From: Cyanophora paradoxa CCMP329
Lineage: Eukaryota; Plantae; Glaucophyta
Reading direction: 5' to 3'
Assembly: GCA_004431415.1 (NCBI GenBank)
Contig: QPMI01000664.1
Location: forward strand, 1-41,995
DNA length: 41,995 bases
The notes under the pieces are model-generated. The model saw only the letters and a list, made by a program, of their open reading frames with translations, was not told the DNA's origin and did not search any database. Shown one piece after another: positions 40,849 through 41,995 of the stretch. Numbering within the stretch: position 1 is the first letter of the stretch; the number at the start of each line of letters is the position of its first letter. Made by a program: the position numbers and the translations under genes.

Positions 40849-41995
40849 ATGGCCATGAATGGCCCAGAGTCGGCGCGTGCGCGCGCAGCAGAGTCGGCGC
40901 CCGCGCGCCCAGGAGGAGGCGGCGGGGAGGGGGGGGGCGGGGTGGCGCTGGGGGCACCCTCGGGCCCGACGAAGAGGGCGCCTCGAGCTCCCCCAGCGCC
41001 CCTGCGGGGGAGGCGCGAGGGGGGGCCCAGCTGCGGGGCGCGGCCCGGGGGCGGGGGCGGCGGGGCCGGCCCTTCGGGGCCCAGTGGCGGGGGCCAGCAG
41101 CGGGGGTCGACCCCGAGGCGCCGGGCGCCCCGCCGCCGGCCCGCCAGCTGCGAGGCCGAGGGCGCGCGAGGGCCCGAGGAGGAGGGAGGGGGGGCAGGGG
41201 CGGGGCGGGCCTTGCCGAGACGGGTGGTGAAGCAGAGGTTGTGCGCGATCGCCGTCGAGGGGCACAGCGACTGCACTGGGGCGTATGAGAGCCGGAGCCG
41301 CGGGCGAGGTTGGCGAAGAGGTGGATGCCGCAGGTGCGCGCCAGCTCCGACGCCCGCCGCACCCGCGCGGGGCGTCGGGCGGGGCCGGGGGGAGGGGGGC
41401 GGGAGAAGGGGAGGCGGGCTTCGCCGCGTCGCGCAGCCAGCCGGGAACCCTGGTCCGGGGCGGGGCGGGGCGGACGAGGTCGACGGCCCCGAGGATGGCG
41501 AGCGCCGTCCCCGCCCGCTGCCTGCGCCCCGCGTCCCTCTTCGACGCTCTCGAGGGAGTGCTTCAGCTCCCCCCGCATCAGCCGCCGCACGTTCAGCACG
41601 CGCCCGCCGGCGATCAGACCGGGGAAGGGGGAGGAGGAGGGGGAGAGGGGCGGACCGGCCGGAGACGTCAGCCTAGGGTCGGCACCGGCGAGAGAGGCCC
41701 TCCGAAGGCGAAGGACGCCGCACCACTGGAGGTCGATGCCGATACCCAGCGAGCCGCCCTGCACCCTGTACCCGCCAGCACGTCCGGGTCCACCCCCGCA
41801 CCAGCTCCGCGAACCCTAAGGGTGCGCCGCTCAGACGACGGGGTACGGGGGAGGTGTGGGCTCGTCGGGGGGGAGCGGGGCGTCGGAGAAGGCTCGCTCC
41901 AGGCGGCGCGGGCCCCGGGCCCCGTCTGGGGCGGCGGGGCCGGCGGCTGAGCTGGCGGGGGCGGGGGCTCCGCTGGGCGGGGCGCAGGCGCAGGC
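40849..41995 (+). CDS. Possible 5' part of a host gene of unknown function
   Basis: ATG after an AT-richer intergenic stretch, GC-rich ORF with possible short introns; no recognisable domain. Confidence 0.25.

Overview
Bases 1 to about 33,900 are an endogenous, DNA-polymerase-less small relative of the giant viruses, and the left end of the element lies outside the window. It encodes an NCLDV-type double-jelly-roll major capsid protein, an A32-like packaging ATPase, a RuvC-like resolvase, VLTF3, an NCLDV-type SSB and two adjacent HUH (rolling-circle) endonucleases. It also carries a block of fibre/adhesin genes (phage-fibre repeats with an H-lectin-like tip, C1q, FN3 plus LamG-like). This gene set best matches mriyaviruses (proposed class Mriyaviricetes, Yaravirus/gamadvirus relatives). 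No integrase, DNA polymerase or primase-helicase is recognisable in the window. Non-coding viral DNA contains two unrelated nested inverted-repeat/iteron loci (1.87-3.25 kb and 30.2-33.5 kb), a candidate early promoter (TCACCTGA arrays) and a candidate late promoter (ATTT(T)C about 15-30 nt upstream of more than 20 ATGs). Many genes, especially right of about 15.9 kb, are broken by single-base frameshifts (assembly error or decay). The remainder looks like very GC-rich eukaryotic host DNA: a ~167-bp tandem repeat, a GC-rich minisatellite, and an alpha-1,6-fucosyltransferase (GT23/FUT8)-like gene with uniform 54-58-nt spliceosomal introns. All family calls come from motif recognition by eye; no database search was run.
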